Source: Pseudomonadota bacterium
Lineage (GTDB): Bacteria > Pseudomonadota > Alphaproteobacteria > Caulobacterales > Parvularculaceae
Direction: 5' to 3'
DNA: 64,000 nucleotides
Assembly: GCA_039025235.1 (NCBI GenBank)
Contig: JBCCOS010000003.1
Span: forward strand, 72,659-136,658
Within the stretch, counting starts at the first letter, position 1; each line of letters begins with the position of its first letter. Shown here one piece after another: positions 56,593 through 64,000 of the stretch. Below the pieces are notes generated by a model. It was not told the origin of the DNA. It searched no databases and worked only from the letters and a program-made list of their open reading frames with translations. Made by a program: the position numbers and the translations under genes.

Positions 56593-57792
56593 ATGAGCCT
56601 ATTCGAAAAATTCGAGAAAACTGCAACGCTTTACGACGGCTTATCAGCCATCGGGAAAAATCCGTTTACGGTTGTTATGGAAGAAATCCTGGGTCCGACG
56701 CGCGCCAGTATAAAAGGTCGCGAGACCGTTCTTGCGGGCACGCATAACTATATGGGATCCTCGTTCGATGCAGCATCGATTGAAGCTGGTAAGGAAGCGC
56801 TTCAGCAATATGGTACCGGAACAACGGGGTCACGGTTCGCCAATGGGACCTACACGCCGCACCGTGCTTTAGAAGACGATCTCGCGACTTTTCTGGGGCT
56901 TGAGCAGTGTATTGTTTTTTCCACTGGCTATCAGGCAAACTTGGGGGCGATTTCGGCTCTAGCGAAACCTGGTGAGGATGTCATCCTGGTTGATGCCGAT
57001 TGCCACGCATGTATTTATGATGGGTGCCAACTTGCTGGGGCTGAAACAATTCGCTTTCGTCACAATGATCCTGAAAGTCTGGACAAACGCTTAAAACGTC
57101 TGAGCCCTGATGTTAAAGGAAAGCTCGTCTGCATTGAGGGCATGTATTCCATGTATGGCGATATTGCCCCTGTCGATGAATTTGTTGATGTTGCCCACGC
57201 TAACGATGCTTATCTATATGTCGACGAGGCTCATTCATTTGGGATCTATGGTGACAATGGGCGCGGCGTTGCCGAAGCTGATGGCGTCATGGATAAGATT
57301 GATTTTTACTCCGGGACATTTTCAAAAAGCCTTGCTTCTGTCGGTGGATTTGTTGCTTCAAATCATAAAGAACTGGACAATCTCCGGTTTTCTGCGCGGG
57401 CCTATATGTTCACAGCCTCACCGACACCCGCCAATATTGCGACGACCCACGCAGCCTTAAGGCGTTTGGACAATGACCCCAGCGTGCGTGAACAGCTTTG
57501 GGAAAATATAAATCGTCTGCATGCCGCGTTTACGCAGTTAGGCTTGAGAGTGGCAGCAGATCCGGCACCTGTTATTTCTGTTCTTTTTAAGAAGCAGGAG
57601 GACGCATTTGCGGCCTGGAACCTCATTTTAGAACATGGTGTTTATGTCAATATGGCTATCCCACCAGGTACGCCCTCGTCTGACTCATTGCTGAGGCTTG
57701 CTGTCTCTGCTGCGCACACGACTGATGATATTGACAAGATCGTATCTGCATATAGTGCAATGGCGGATGCGATCCCGGCGTCACGCGCGTGA
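56593..57792 (+). CDS. spt: alpha-oxoamine synthase, serine palmitoyltransferase-like
   Basis: GTHNYMG, GTTGSRFANGT, STGYQANLG, DEAHSFG and SGTFSKSLASVGGFVASN. The PLP-Lys context is closest, from memory, to Sphingomonas SPT. Adjacent dedicated ACP. Confidence 0.8.
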   Translation: MSLFEKFEKTATLYDGLSAIGKNPFTVVMEEILGPTRASIKGRETVLAGTHNYMGSSFDAASIEAGKEALQQYGTGTTGSRFANGTYTPHRALEDDLATFLGLEQCIVFSTGYQANLGAISALAKPGEDVILVDADCHACIYDGCQLAGAETIRFRHNDPESLDKRLKRLSPDVKGKLVCIEGMYSMYGDIAPVDEFVDVAHANDAYLYVDEAHSFGIYGDNGRGVAEADGVMDKIDFYSGTFSKSLASVGGFVASNHKELDNLRFSARAYMFTASPTPANIATTHAALRRLDNDPSVREQLWENINRLHAAFTQLGLRVAADPAPVISVLFKKQEDAFAAWNLILEHGVYVNMAIPPGTPSSDSLLRLAVSAAHTTDDIDKIVSAYSAMADAIPASRA

Positions 57793-58265
57793 ATGGAAAA
57801 CCAGGTGGCTGTCATCATCAGTAAGCGCCACGATCGCCGATTCTATTAGAAACTTAGTCGCTTTTTCAGAATTAGTTGATCTAAATACTATCGCGACCGC
57901 TTGATCATTGTCGTCTTACGGTCGCGAGAGCTCTGGTGACATTAAACAGTCACAAGCGCGTTATATTTCATATATATACCTACAAAATAGTGCGATCGCC
58001 TGACCACTGCCTTATTTCGGCGAGATAATTGCTTTGTTATCAAATTCGTTGCCGATCTGACGACATTTTATGTCGTCGTAATTGGTTGGCGTATGGTTAA
58101 ATTGTATACGCCGCTGACCGGCTGTCTTCGTGGTTCGTATGAAGACGTCACTAAGGTGCTATACGAGTTTGGAAATATTAGCCGCTTTTGCTTTGAAAGG
58201 TGGTTATGGGTATTAAGATCTGCGGTGTTATTCCGCGCAATCATTTTCGCTGATAAGGTATAGGT

Positions 58266-58814
58266 ATGAGCCAAAGAGTATGTCGGATAGAGATTTTCGC
58301 CGCTTTGTCGCTCGTCTCTTGCATTGTTGGTGGCGCCGCTTTCGCGCAACCGGACGATAATGGTGCTCCCGGATATTCAGCATTGGATGCGTCTTTACCC
58401 ACTCAGGATGAATCTGCCTTACCACATGTGAGCTGTAGGGGAGGGGATTACGAAATCCAGCTTGAAATAAGGGGTGTGAAAGAAAGCATCGGGTTAATGA
58501 CTGCCGAATTATTCTCCGATAATGAAGAAGGGTTTTTGAATAAGGGCGGCCGCCTCCAGCGCGTGCGTTTTGCTGCTAAAGCCCCAATTACACGGCTGTG
58601 TCTTCAACCACCGTCGTCGGGAAAATACGCCATAGCGGTCTATCATGATGAAAATGCAAATAAGGTCCTTGACCGGCGGACTTTGGGCATACCTTCAGAA
58701 CCGTTTGGAATTTCCAATAACCCGATAATGCGTTTCGCGCCTCCGACTTTGGATGAGGCCGCGTTTAACGTCGGTGCAGACGGCGCGCGCATCACAATAA
58801 AATTACGCAATTAG
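58266..58814 (+). CDS. DUF2141 secreted protein
   Basis: Signal peptide, then GKYAIAVYHDENANKVLDRRTLGIPSEPFGISNNP...APPTLDEAAF, as recalled for DUF2141. Confidence 0.7.
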   Translation: MSQRVCRIEIFAALSLVSCIVGGAAFAQPDDNGAPGYSALDASLPTQDESALPHVSCRGGDYEIQLEIRGVKESIGLMTAELFSDNEEGFLNKGGRLQRVRFAAKAPITRLCLQPPSSGKYAIAVYHDENANKVLDRRTLGIPSEPFGISNNPIMRFAPPTLDEAAFNVGADGARITIKLRN

Positions 58815-58875
58815 CGCCTTGTTTTTGTAATGAAATGGCGTCCTAAGGCTAATCCCTCTCTATCGAAATAACTCA

Positions 58876-58988
58876 GACGCTTTAAAGCATTTCCAAGCCA
58901 AGTGTGTGCGGTTGGCGTTAAGGAAATGCGTAAAAATAGTGACGTAAAGCGTCGTCGCGATTCCAATTGAAGTGTCGACGCTTTAAGT
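58876..58988 (-). repeat. Family B modular repeat, copy B6 (inverted orientation)
   Basis: Reverse complement reads CTTAAAGCGTCGACACTTCAATTGGAATCGCGACGACGCTTTACG...TTTTTACGCATTTCCTTAACGCCAACCGCACACACTTGGCTTGGAAATGCTTTAAAGCGTC. Confidence 0.92.
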
Positions 58989-59169
58989 TGATAACGATCG
59001 CTGGAATCATCAGCATAAGGTGTCAACGACTTTGCTTGAGTTATCCTCATCGTAGCAAAAGATAACTATCGTGCCTTCAAAAAATTTATAGGGCTTGGGG
59101 GCTTGCTTGCCTTACAACGTCTTGTTGTAAGTAAAGAAGCGTTCTCTTTTCAATAACGGACACAACACC

Positions 59170-60429
59170 ATGGTTAATGCCGATACAAGCAGCGTGACAG
59201 AGCAGCCAAAAGAAATGGCTGAAACGCAAGTGCATGACGATACGAAAACACCTAACGTCGAGGCGGCGAGCGCGCACAATGTGTCGGTTCCATCCGAAAT
59301 TTCGATTGAGGCGGTGTCAGGCGCCAAAGGCCGAAAGGCGTTCATCGCTGTTCCAAGCGCTATTTATGCCGATGACCCGAATTATGTTGCACCGCTCGAA
59401 TTTGAGATTGATGCGCGTCTCAATCCTAAGGCCAATCCGACACTGAAAAATGCGCAGCACCAGCTGTGGGTGGCTTACAAAAATGCAAAGCCCGTTGGCC
59501 GTATTTCTGCTCTAATCAATCCAATTCATCTCGATTGGTATAAAGATGATGCAGGGCACTTTGGTTTCATCGAAGGTATTGACGACGAAGCCGTCTTTCG
59601 CGCCCTTCTGACGACCGCAGAGAACTGGATGCGAGAGCGCGGCATGAAGAAAGTCGTGGGTCCATTGAGCTTTTCTGTGAACGAAGAGACCGGATTGCTG
59701 ATTGATGGTTTTGATAAGCCGCCGGTGATTATGATGCCGCATGCGCGCACCTGGTATAAAACCCATATCGAACAGTGCGGTTATGAAAAAGCAATGGACA
59801 CTTATGCGCTATCTTATAAGAACGAGCGCCAGCAAATTCCCGAACGTCGACGCCGTTTTATTGAACGTGCGCTGAACAAACCAAATATAAAATTTCGTCA
59901 GGTCGATTTCTCACGCTTCAAAGAAGACGTTCGCTTGGCGATTGATATTTTCAACGATGCTTGGTCAGAGAATTGGGGCTATATCCCCTTCACCTATGAG
60001 CAGGCCGATCACATGGCGAGCGAATTGCGACCTATCCTCGAAGGCCATAATTTCGTCATTGGGGAACATGACGGTGAGCCCGTCGCCTTTGCTATTGTAT
60101 TGCCAAACATCAATGCAGCAATCAAGGAGTTCAAGGGTAAGCTATTGCCGTTTAATTGGACGAAGCTGCTTTATCGACTAAAAGTCAAAGGAATTGACGA
60201 GGCGCGCATGCCTTTAATGGGCGTGCGGAAGAAATATCAAGGCAAACCCCTTGGGACGGCTTTTGCCTATCAACTAATTCATCTGACCAATGAGAAGAAT
60301 ATTGATCGCGGGTTGAGGTGGACAGAGCTTTCGTGGATTTTGGAGAGCAACGTACCAATGTTGAATATGTTACATGACCTTGGTGGTGAAATTTACAAAA
60401 CCCATCGCGTGTTTGAGAAGTCGCTCTAA
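59170..60429 (+). CDS. large GNAT-fold N-acyltransferase-like protein (about 400-aa family)
   Basis: FIAVPSAIYADDPNYVAPLEFE...VGRISALINP...GHFGFIEGIDDE...GPLSFSVNEETGLLIDGFDKPP. I recall this family as annotated generically as an N-acetyltransferase. Its function is not established. Confidence 0.6.
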   Translation: MVNADTSSVTEQPKEMAETQVHDDTKTPNVEAASAHNVSVPSEISIEAVSGAKGRKAFIAVPSAIYADDPNYVAPLEFEIDARLNPKANPTLKNAQHQLWVAYKNAKPVGRISALINPIHLDWYKDDAGHFGFIEGIDDEAVFRALLTTAENWMRERGMKKVVGPLSFSVNEETGLLIDGFDKPPVIMMPHARTWYKTHIEQCGYEKAMDTYALSYKNERQQIPERRRRFIERALNKPNIKFRQVDFSRFKEDVRLAIDIFNDAWSENWGYIPFTYEQADHMASELRPILEGHNFVIGEHDGEPVAFAIVLPNINAAIKEFKGKLLPFNWTKLLYRLKVKGIDEARMPLMGVRKKYQGKPLGTAFAYQLIHLTNEKNIDRGLRWTELSWILESNVPMLNMLHDLGGEIYKTHRVFEKSL

Positions 60430-60534
60430 ATTTGTAACATAGGAATGGGCATGGAATGGGAATGGGCCCTTTGAGCCCATCAAGGGTTCGTGATCAATGG
60501 ACGTTAACCCCGGTGGCTTATTGAGAGTGCTTTC

Positions 60535-61440
60535 GTGACAAGAAGTATAGCCAAAGTGAAAGAGTTTTTATCGCAAGGTCTTGTGCCTTCTTTCTTTGCT
60601 CCATCCATTTGCGCCCCTGCCTTTTTCACGACGGTTGTTTGGATCAAACTGTCCACTGTTGTCCCGATGGTTTTGTTATTCCTTTCGGCGTTTCTTCCTC
60701 ATGGTGGGGGCGCATATGCCGCTGATGGGCTTGAGCGGTTTGAGGCGCGTGTTGTTAATACGTATCCACATGATCCGGAGGCTTACACCCAAGGCCTCTT
60801 TTTTGGCGACGGCGCTTTAATCGAAACGACGGGCCAGTTTGGTCAATCAAGTTTGCGCCGTGTGGAAATTGAAACGGGTAAAGTTCTAGAAAAGATAAAG
60901 CTCCCCGATCAATTTTTCGGTGAGGGTTCTGTGATGTGGCAAGATCGCATTATCAATCTCACATGGCGGTCGGGTAAAGGTTTTATCTTCTCAAAAGATG
61001 GTTTCAAGAAACTTGGCCAGTTTACCTATGAGGGCGAGGGCTGGGGGCTGACGCACAATGGAACAATGCTCATTATGAGTGATGGTACGCCGCGGCTGCG
61101 GTTCCTTGACCCTGAAACACTCCAAGTAATTCGTACGTTAAATGTAACGTATAGAGATCGGCCTGTCCGGTTTTTAAATGAGTTGGAGTGGATAAAGGGC
61201 CGTCTCTTTGCCAATGTTTATGGCAGAGATTATGTTGTGCGTATTGACCCCGTCAGTGGATTTATTACCGGCGTTATAGACTTTTCGGGTCTCATTCCTG
61301 ATCAGGAAGCGCGCATTGCGAAGGGGGAAGTCTTGAACGGGATTGCCTATGATGCAGGCAATGACCGTTTGTTCGTCACGGGTAAATATTGGCCCAAACT
61401 TTTTGAAGTCGAACTCGTCCCCGTTGGCGGAGGTAACTGA
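60535..61440 (+). CDS. glutaminyl-peptide cyclotransferase (beta-propeller type)
   Basis: YPHDPEAYTQGL...TGQFGQSSLRRVEIETGKV...FGEG...WGLTHNG...SDGT..LRFLDPETL...LNELEWIKGRLFANV...VLNGIAYD. Confidence 0.85.
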   Translation: MTRSIAKVKEFLSQGLVPSFFAPSICAPAFFTTVVWIKLSTVVPMVLLFLSAFLPHGGGAYAADGLERFEARVVNTYPHDPEAYTQGLFFGDGALIETTGQFGQSSLRRVEIETGKVLEKIKLPDQFFGEGSVMWQDRIINLTWRSGKGFIFSKDGFKKLGQFTYEGEGWGLTHNGTMLIMSDGTPRLRFLDPETLQVIRTLNVTYRDRPVRFLNELEWIKGRLFANVYGRDYVVRIDPVSGFITGVIDFSGLIPDQEARIAKGEVLNGIAYDAGNDRLFVTGKYWPKLFEVELVPVGGGN

Positions 61441-61581
61441 AGCGGTTTCGGATCAATTCAGGTTACCCAATTGCTTTACCGGTAAACCTCAGACCCTTGG
61501 CCGGGAAGAGCTTTAAAGTTCGAATAAAGAGGATAAGGAATGGCCGCAATTATGCTTCACTGCGACCATTCGGAGGAGGTA

Positions 61582-61866
61582 TTAGCAGCCAGCGGCAACT
61601 TTTAAGTTGGATGATGGGCGGAAACGCAGTCCCTTGGACGCTTTGATTTTTATTTCCTCGCCTGTGCGGGGGTTACGGCCTTTTCGCGCTGGTCGTTTCG
61701 AAATTGTGAATGTGCCGAGCGTCCCGATCGTGAATTTTCCATCTTTGCGAGAACGCTTTAAGCCGCTTTCAATTTCGCTAAAGACAAGCTCAACAACGCG
61801 TTTCGCTTCTGCGTTTGAAAGATCGCCTGATGCGGCGACGTTCGCGATAAATTCGGATTTGCTCAT
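61582..61866 (-). CDS. HU/IHF family DNA-binding protein
   Basis: MSKSEFIANVA...LSNAEAKRVVELVFSEI...FGTFTISKRPARKGRNPRTGEEIKIKASKGLRFRPS. The ATG at 61866 gives a 94-aa product. Confidence 0.85.
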   Translation of the reverse strand: MSKSEFIANVAASGDLSNAEAKRVVELVFSEIESGLKRSRKDGKFTIGTLGTFTISKRPARKGRNPRTGEEIKIKASKGLRFRPSSNLKVAAGC

Positions 61867-62173
61867 TGTTGGTCTGACCTTTTCTTCTAACTTCAATAAA
61901 TGACCCGATTTCCGGGCAAATGCTGGAAAATAGATTGCACGACCTAATCGACCCTCGTGCTTGAAAGTATCCCGACACCCAAATGATTCGGGATCTATAA
62001 TAAACAAGGGCTGATTTTCTTTGGATTGCAAGAAAAGCCTTGGGTTTTGCGACGATGATGGAAATGCTGAGGCGAGTGGGATTGCGCCGCCATGGCGCCG
62101 GGCGAACTCGCCGGCTCTTTGTAACCAGCGTACATGGTTGGTGAATAAGCGATCTGGAACCGGTTTTATTGAT

Positions 62174-63871
62174 TTATGCTGGGGTGAATACCAGCGTTAC
62201 GGTTAGCCCGTGTGGAGGGATATGCCGCATCCGAGTGGGCGTTGGTGGAACGGTGTTCTCTGGCGTAACAGGAGGGGCTTTAAAAGCGGTTGGTTTCTCT
62301 AAAACTGCAACCGAATTGCCACTGTCATTGTACTGAACCTGTTTGTGCGGCGCATCCCGTTCACCCGGTAGCGCGACGGCGTCCTGACCATTTAAATCAT
62401 CTCTAACCGTCGAACCGGCGGTTATTTTTTCCGAGGACCCCGTTGTGGTGCGATTGCCCTCATACCCTTTATCAATAGTATGGGACAAGATGATTTCGGC
62501 ATTATGCGCGCGTGCAATTGCAGCGACGAGGCTAAGCCCGAGACCGCTGCCATTTGACGTGCGGCTGCGTTCTAGGCGCACAAACCGCTTTAAAACGGCG
62601 CCGCGTTCCTGTTCGGGAATGCCGGGGCCATCATCGGCAATGCTAAACGCCACACGTCCTTTCGGGGCGGGGCCAACCCGAATTGCAATCCTCCGTCCAC
62701 CCTCTGCATATTTCAGCGCATTATCCAACAGATTTGCAAATGCCTGTGCAATCAGCGCGCGTGACCCTTTAATGGCCGGGCACGGACGACAGTCGAGCGT
62801 TAAGTCAAAGCCAGAATCCGCCGCCGCCGGCTCATAAAGTTCCGCCATTTCATCCGCAATCGCCGCAAGGTCCACCGCTTCCATGGCGCCGGCCCCTTCG
62901 CCCGACTCAATTCTGGCGATCGATAAAAGCTCGTTGAACGTCATAATCATCCGTTCAGCGTCTTCCAATGTCGCCCGCAAAATCTCATCTTTTTCGTGTG
63001 CGTTGCGCTTAATCGCATCATGTAGACGGGCACGAATGCGCGTCAGTGGTGAGCGCAAATCGTGAGCGATGTTGTCGGAGACCTCACGCATACCGGACAT
63101 GAGGCGTTCGATTTGATCAAGCATGGCATTGAGGTTCATGGACAAATGATCGAGTTCATCATTTGCCCCTGTCAGTTTGATGCGTTTTGATAAATCGCCG
63201 CCACGGATCGCCTGGGCTGTCCGATTGACGCTGTCGACCCGGCGAAGGAGCGACTGAGAGAAGTAAAAACCTAAAAATAGACCGACGATCACTGTCGCAG
63301 CAGCGATCCACATCAACTGAGTTCGGGTTCGATCGCGCAGGACTTCTTGACTAGAAATGTCGCGCGCGGCGAGAACGAGGAAGGAGGTTTCGGCGTCCTG
63401 GGAGGTTTTAAACCGCCGAATTTTGCCGCGTGCTTTTCGGGTTTCCGGTTTTGACCCTAGTTCTTTGCGATCATCACGTTCGTACGTAAAGTTGAAAAAG
63501 TCTTCTTCTGCATCAACATAATTTTTCGGAAGGGCATTAAGGCTACCGGCAAGTAACGCGCCTGTTGGGGTCCGAACAAGCATGTAGACGCCGTTATCAC
63601 GCCATGCCGCGCGGTCAGCGATTAAGAATCTCAGGCGGCCTGGCCCTTCATTGATAAAGGCTTCTTCCAAAACGGCCATATCGCGGTCGATAATCGAATC
63701 AACCCGTCGATCAAGAACCGGAAAAGTTGAATTGTATAAAAAGACACCAAGGAGGCCAACTGAGATCGTAAAAACCGAAACATAGATGACCGTGAAGCGA
63801 AAAGCGGTTGTTCGCCATAAGCGACCTAATTGGAGTGTTCCTCCGCGAGACTTGAAACGATGTTTTTTCAA
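62174..63871 (-). CDS. two-component sensor histidine kinase (TM-sensor-HAMP-HisKA-HATPase) with ~100-aa C-terminal extension
   Basis: H-box SDNIAHDLRSPLTRI, N-box ANLLDNALKY, and G-boxes DDGPGIP and GSGLGLSLV. TTG start at 63871. Confidence 0.9.
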   Translation of the reverse strand: MKKHRFKSRGGTLQLGRLWRTTAFRFTVIYVSVFTISVGLLGVFLYNSTFPVLDRRVDSIIDRDMAVLEEAFINEGPGRLRFLIADRAAWRDNGVYMLVRTPTGALLAGSLNALPKNYVDAEEDFFNFTYERDDRKELGSKPETRKARGKIRRFKTSQDAETSFLVLAARDISSQEVLRDRTRTQLMWIAAATVIVGLFLGFYFSQSLLRRVDSVNRTAQAIRGGDLSKRIKLTGANDELDHLSMNLNAMLDQIERLMSGMREVSDNIAHDLRSPLTRIRARLHDAIKRNAHEKDEILRATLEDAERMIMTFNELLSIARIESGEGAGAMEAVDLAAIADEMAELYEPAAADSGFDLTLDCRPCPAIKGSRALIAQAFANLLDNALKYAEGGRRIAIRVGPAPKGRVAFSIADDGPGIPEQERGAVLKRFVRLERSRTSNGSGLGLSLVAAIARAHNAEIILSHTIDKGYEGNRTTTGSSEKITAGSTVRDDLNGQDAVALPGERDAPHKQVQYNDSGNSVAVLEKPTAFKAPPVTPENTVPPTPTRMRHIPPHGLTVTLVFTPA

Positions 63872-64000
63872 GTGACGCTTTCTCCTCGCTTTCGGCTTTT
63901 TCGGTTGTTTTGAGGTTTCTGATCTTTTGTTTCCGCCAACGATTGAAATACCGTCGGCAGTAGACCGCCCTGCCGGGCGTTGTGGCTTTCCCCACTTGCG
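63868..64000 (-). CDS. 3' end of an unidentified upstream ORF (5' part outside the window)
   Basis: Minus-strand frame open from the window edge: ...ARQGGLLPTVFQSLAETKDQKPQNNRKSRKRGESVT*. It ends in TGA overlapping the kinase TTG (TTGA). I could not recognise a response-regulator C-terminus. Confidence 0.3.
   Translation of the reverse strand, partial: ASGESHNARQGGLLPTVFQSLAETKDQKPQNNRKSRKRGESVT

Noticed and set aside
57891-57927. Hairpin TCGCGACCG-n19-CGGTCGCGA downstream of spt as an intrinsic terminator
   Set aside because: It has a 9-bp stem but a 19-nt loop and no following T-run. It may still be structural, but it is not convincing as a rho-independent terminator.
1-64000. Defence island, prophage or insertion-sequence content
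   Set aside because: I recognised no integrase, transposase, restriction/modification enzyme, nuclease-helicase, toxin-antitoxin or phage structural gene in any frame. The only ATPase of that flavour (PhoH) sits in its conserved housekeeping operon.

Overview
This is a 64-kb chromosomal segment whose gene order looks alphaproteobacterial. Conserved blocks are rimP-nusA-ylxR-infB, tsaB-rimI-fur, miaB-phoH-ybeY-corC, and hemD-mic60-hemY divergent from tsaD-gpsA. Also present are argG, hemH and the H+-pyrophosphatase hppA. I call about 50 protein-coding genes.

I could not support any rRNA, tRNA, CRISPR array, transposase, integrase or phage gene, so the window is mostly housekeeping backbone. 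All family assignments rest on motifs recalled from memory; no database search was possible.

Observations worth follow-up:
1. A four-gene ceramide/sphingolipid cluster (acyl-ACP synthetase-like, CerR-like SDR, ACP, serine palmitoyltransferase; 53.2-57.8 kb). Its neighbours are a fatty-acid hydroxylase, a DUF2141 protein and a large GNAT-like acyltransferase. A 1.36-kb ORF-poor, AT-rich region precedes it.
2. Two dispersed structured repeat families. Family A is a ~120-bp nested palindrome with 3 copies bracketing rbfA and a photolyase cassette. Family B is a ~105-145-bp modular hairpin element with TTAAAGC termini: 5 full copies plus fragments. Inverted copies bracket a PLP-enzyme/Lrp pair, and copies supply the 3' ends or stop codons of three genes.
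3. Many short tandem duplications (12-18 bp units) in both coding and intergenic DNA, plus low-complexity inserts and acidic tails in housekeeping proteins.
4. An alphaproteobacterial Mic60 homologue in the heme operon with a large acidic expansion.
5. A translationally coupled operon of a CE15-like hydrolase, a 64-aa basic ORF and a GT2 glycosyltransferase.
6. An atypically long (600 aa) Cys/Met-family PLP enzyme divergent from an Lrp regulator.
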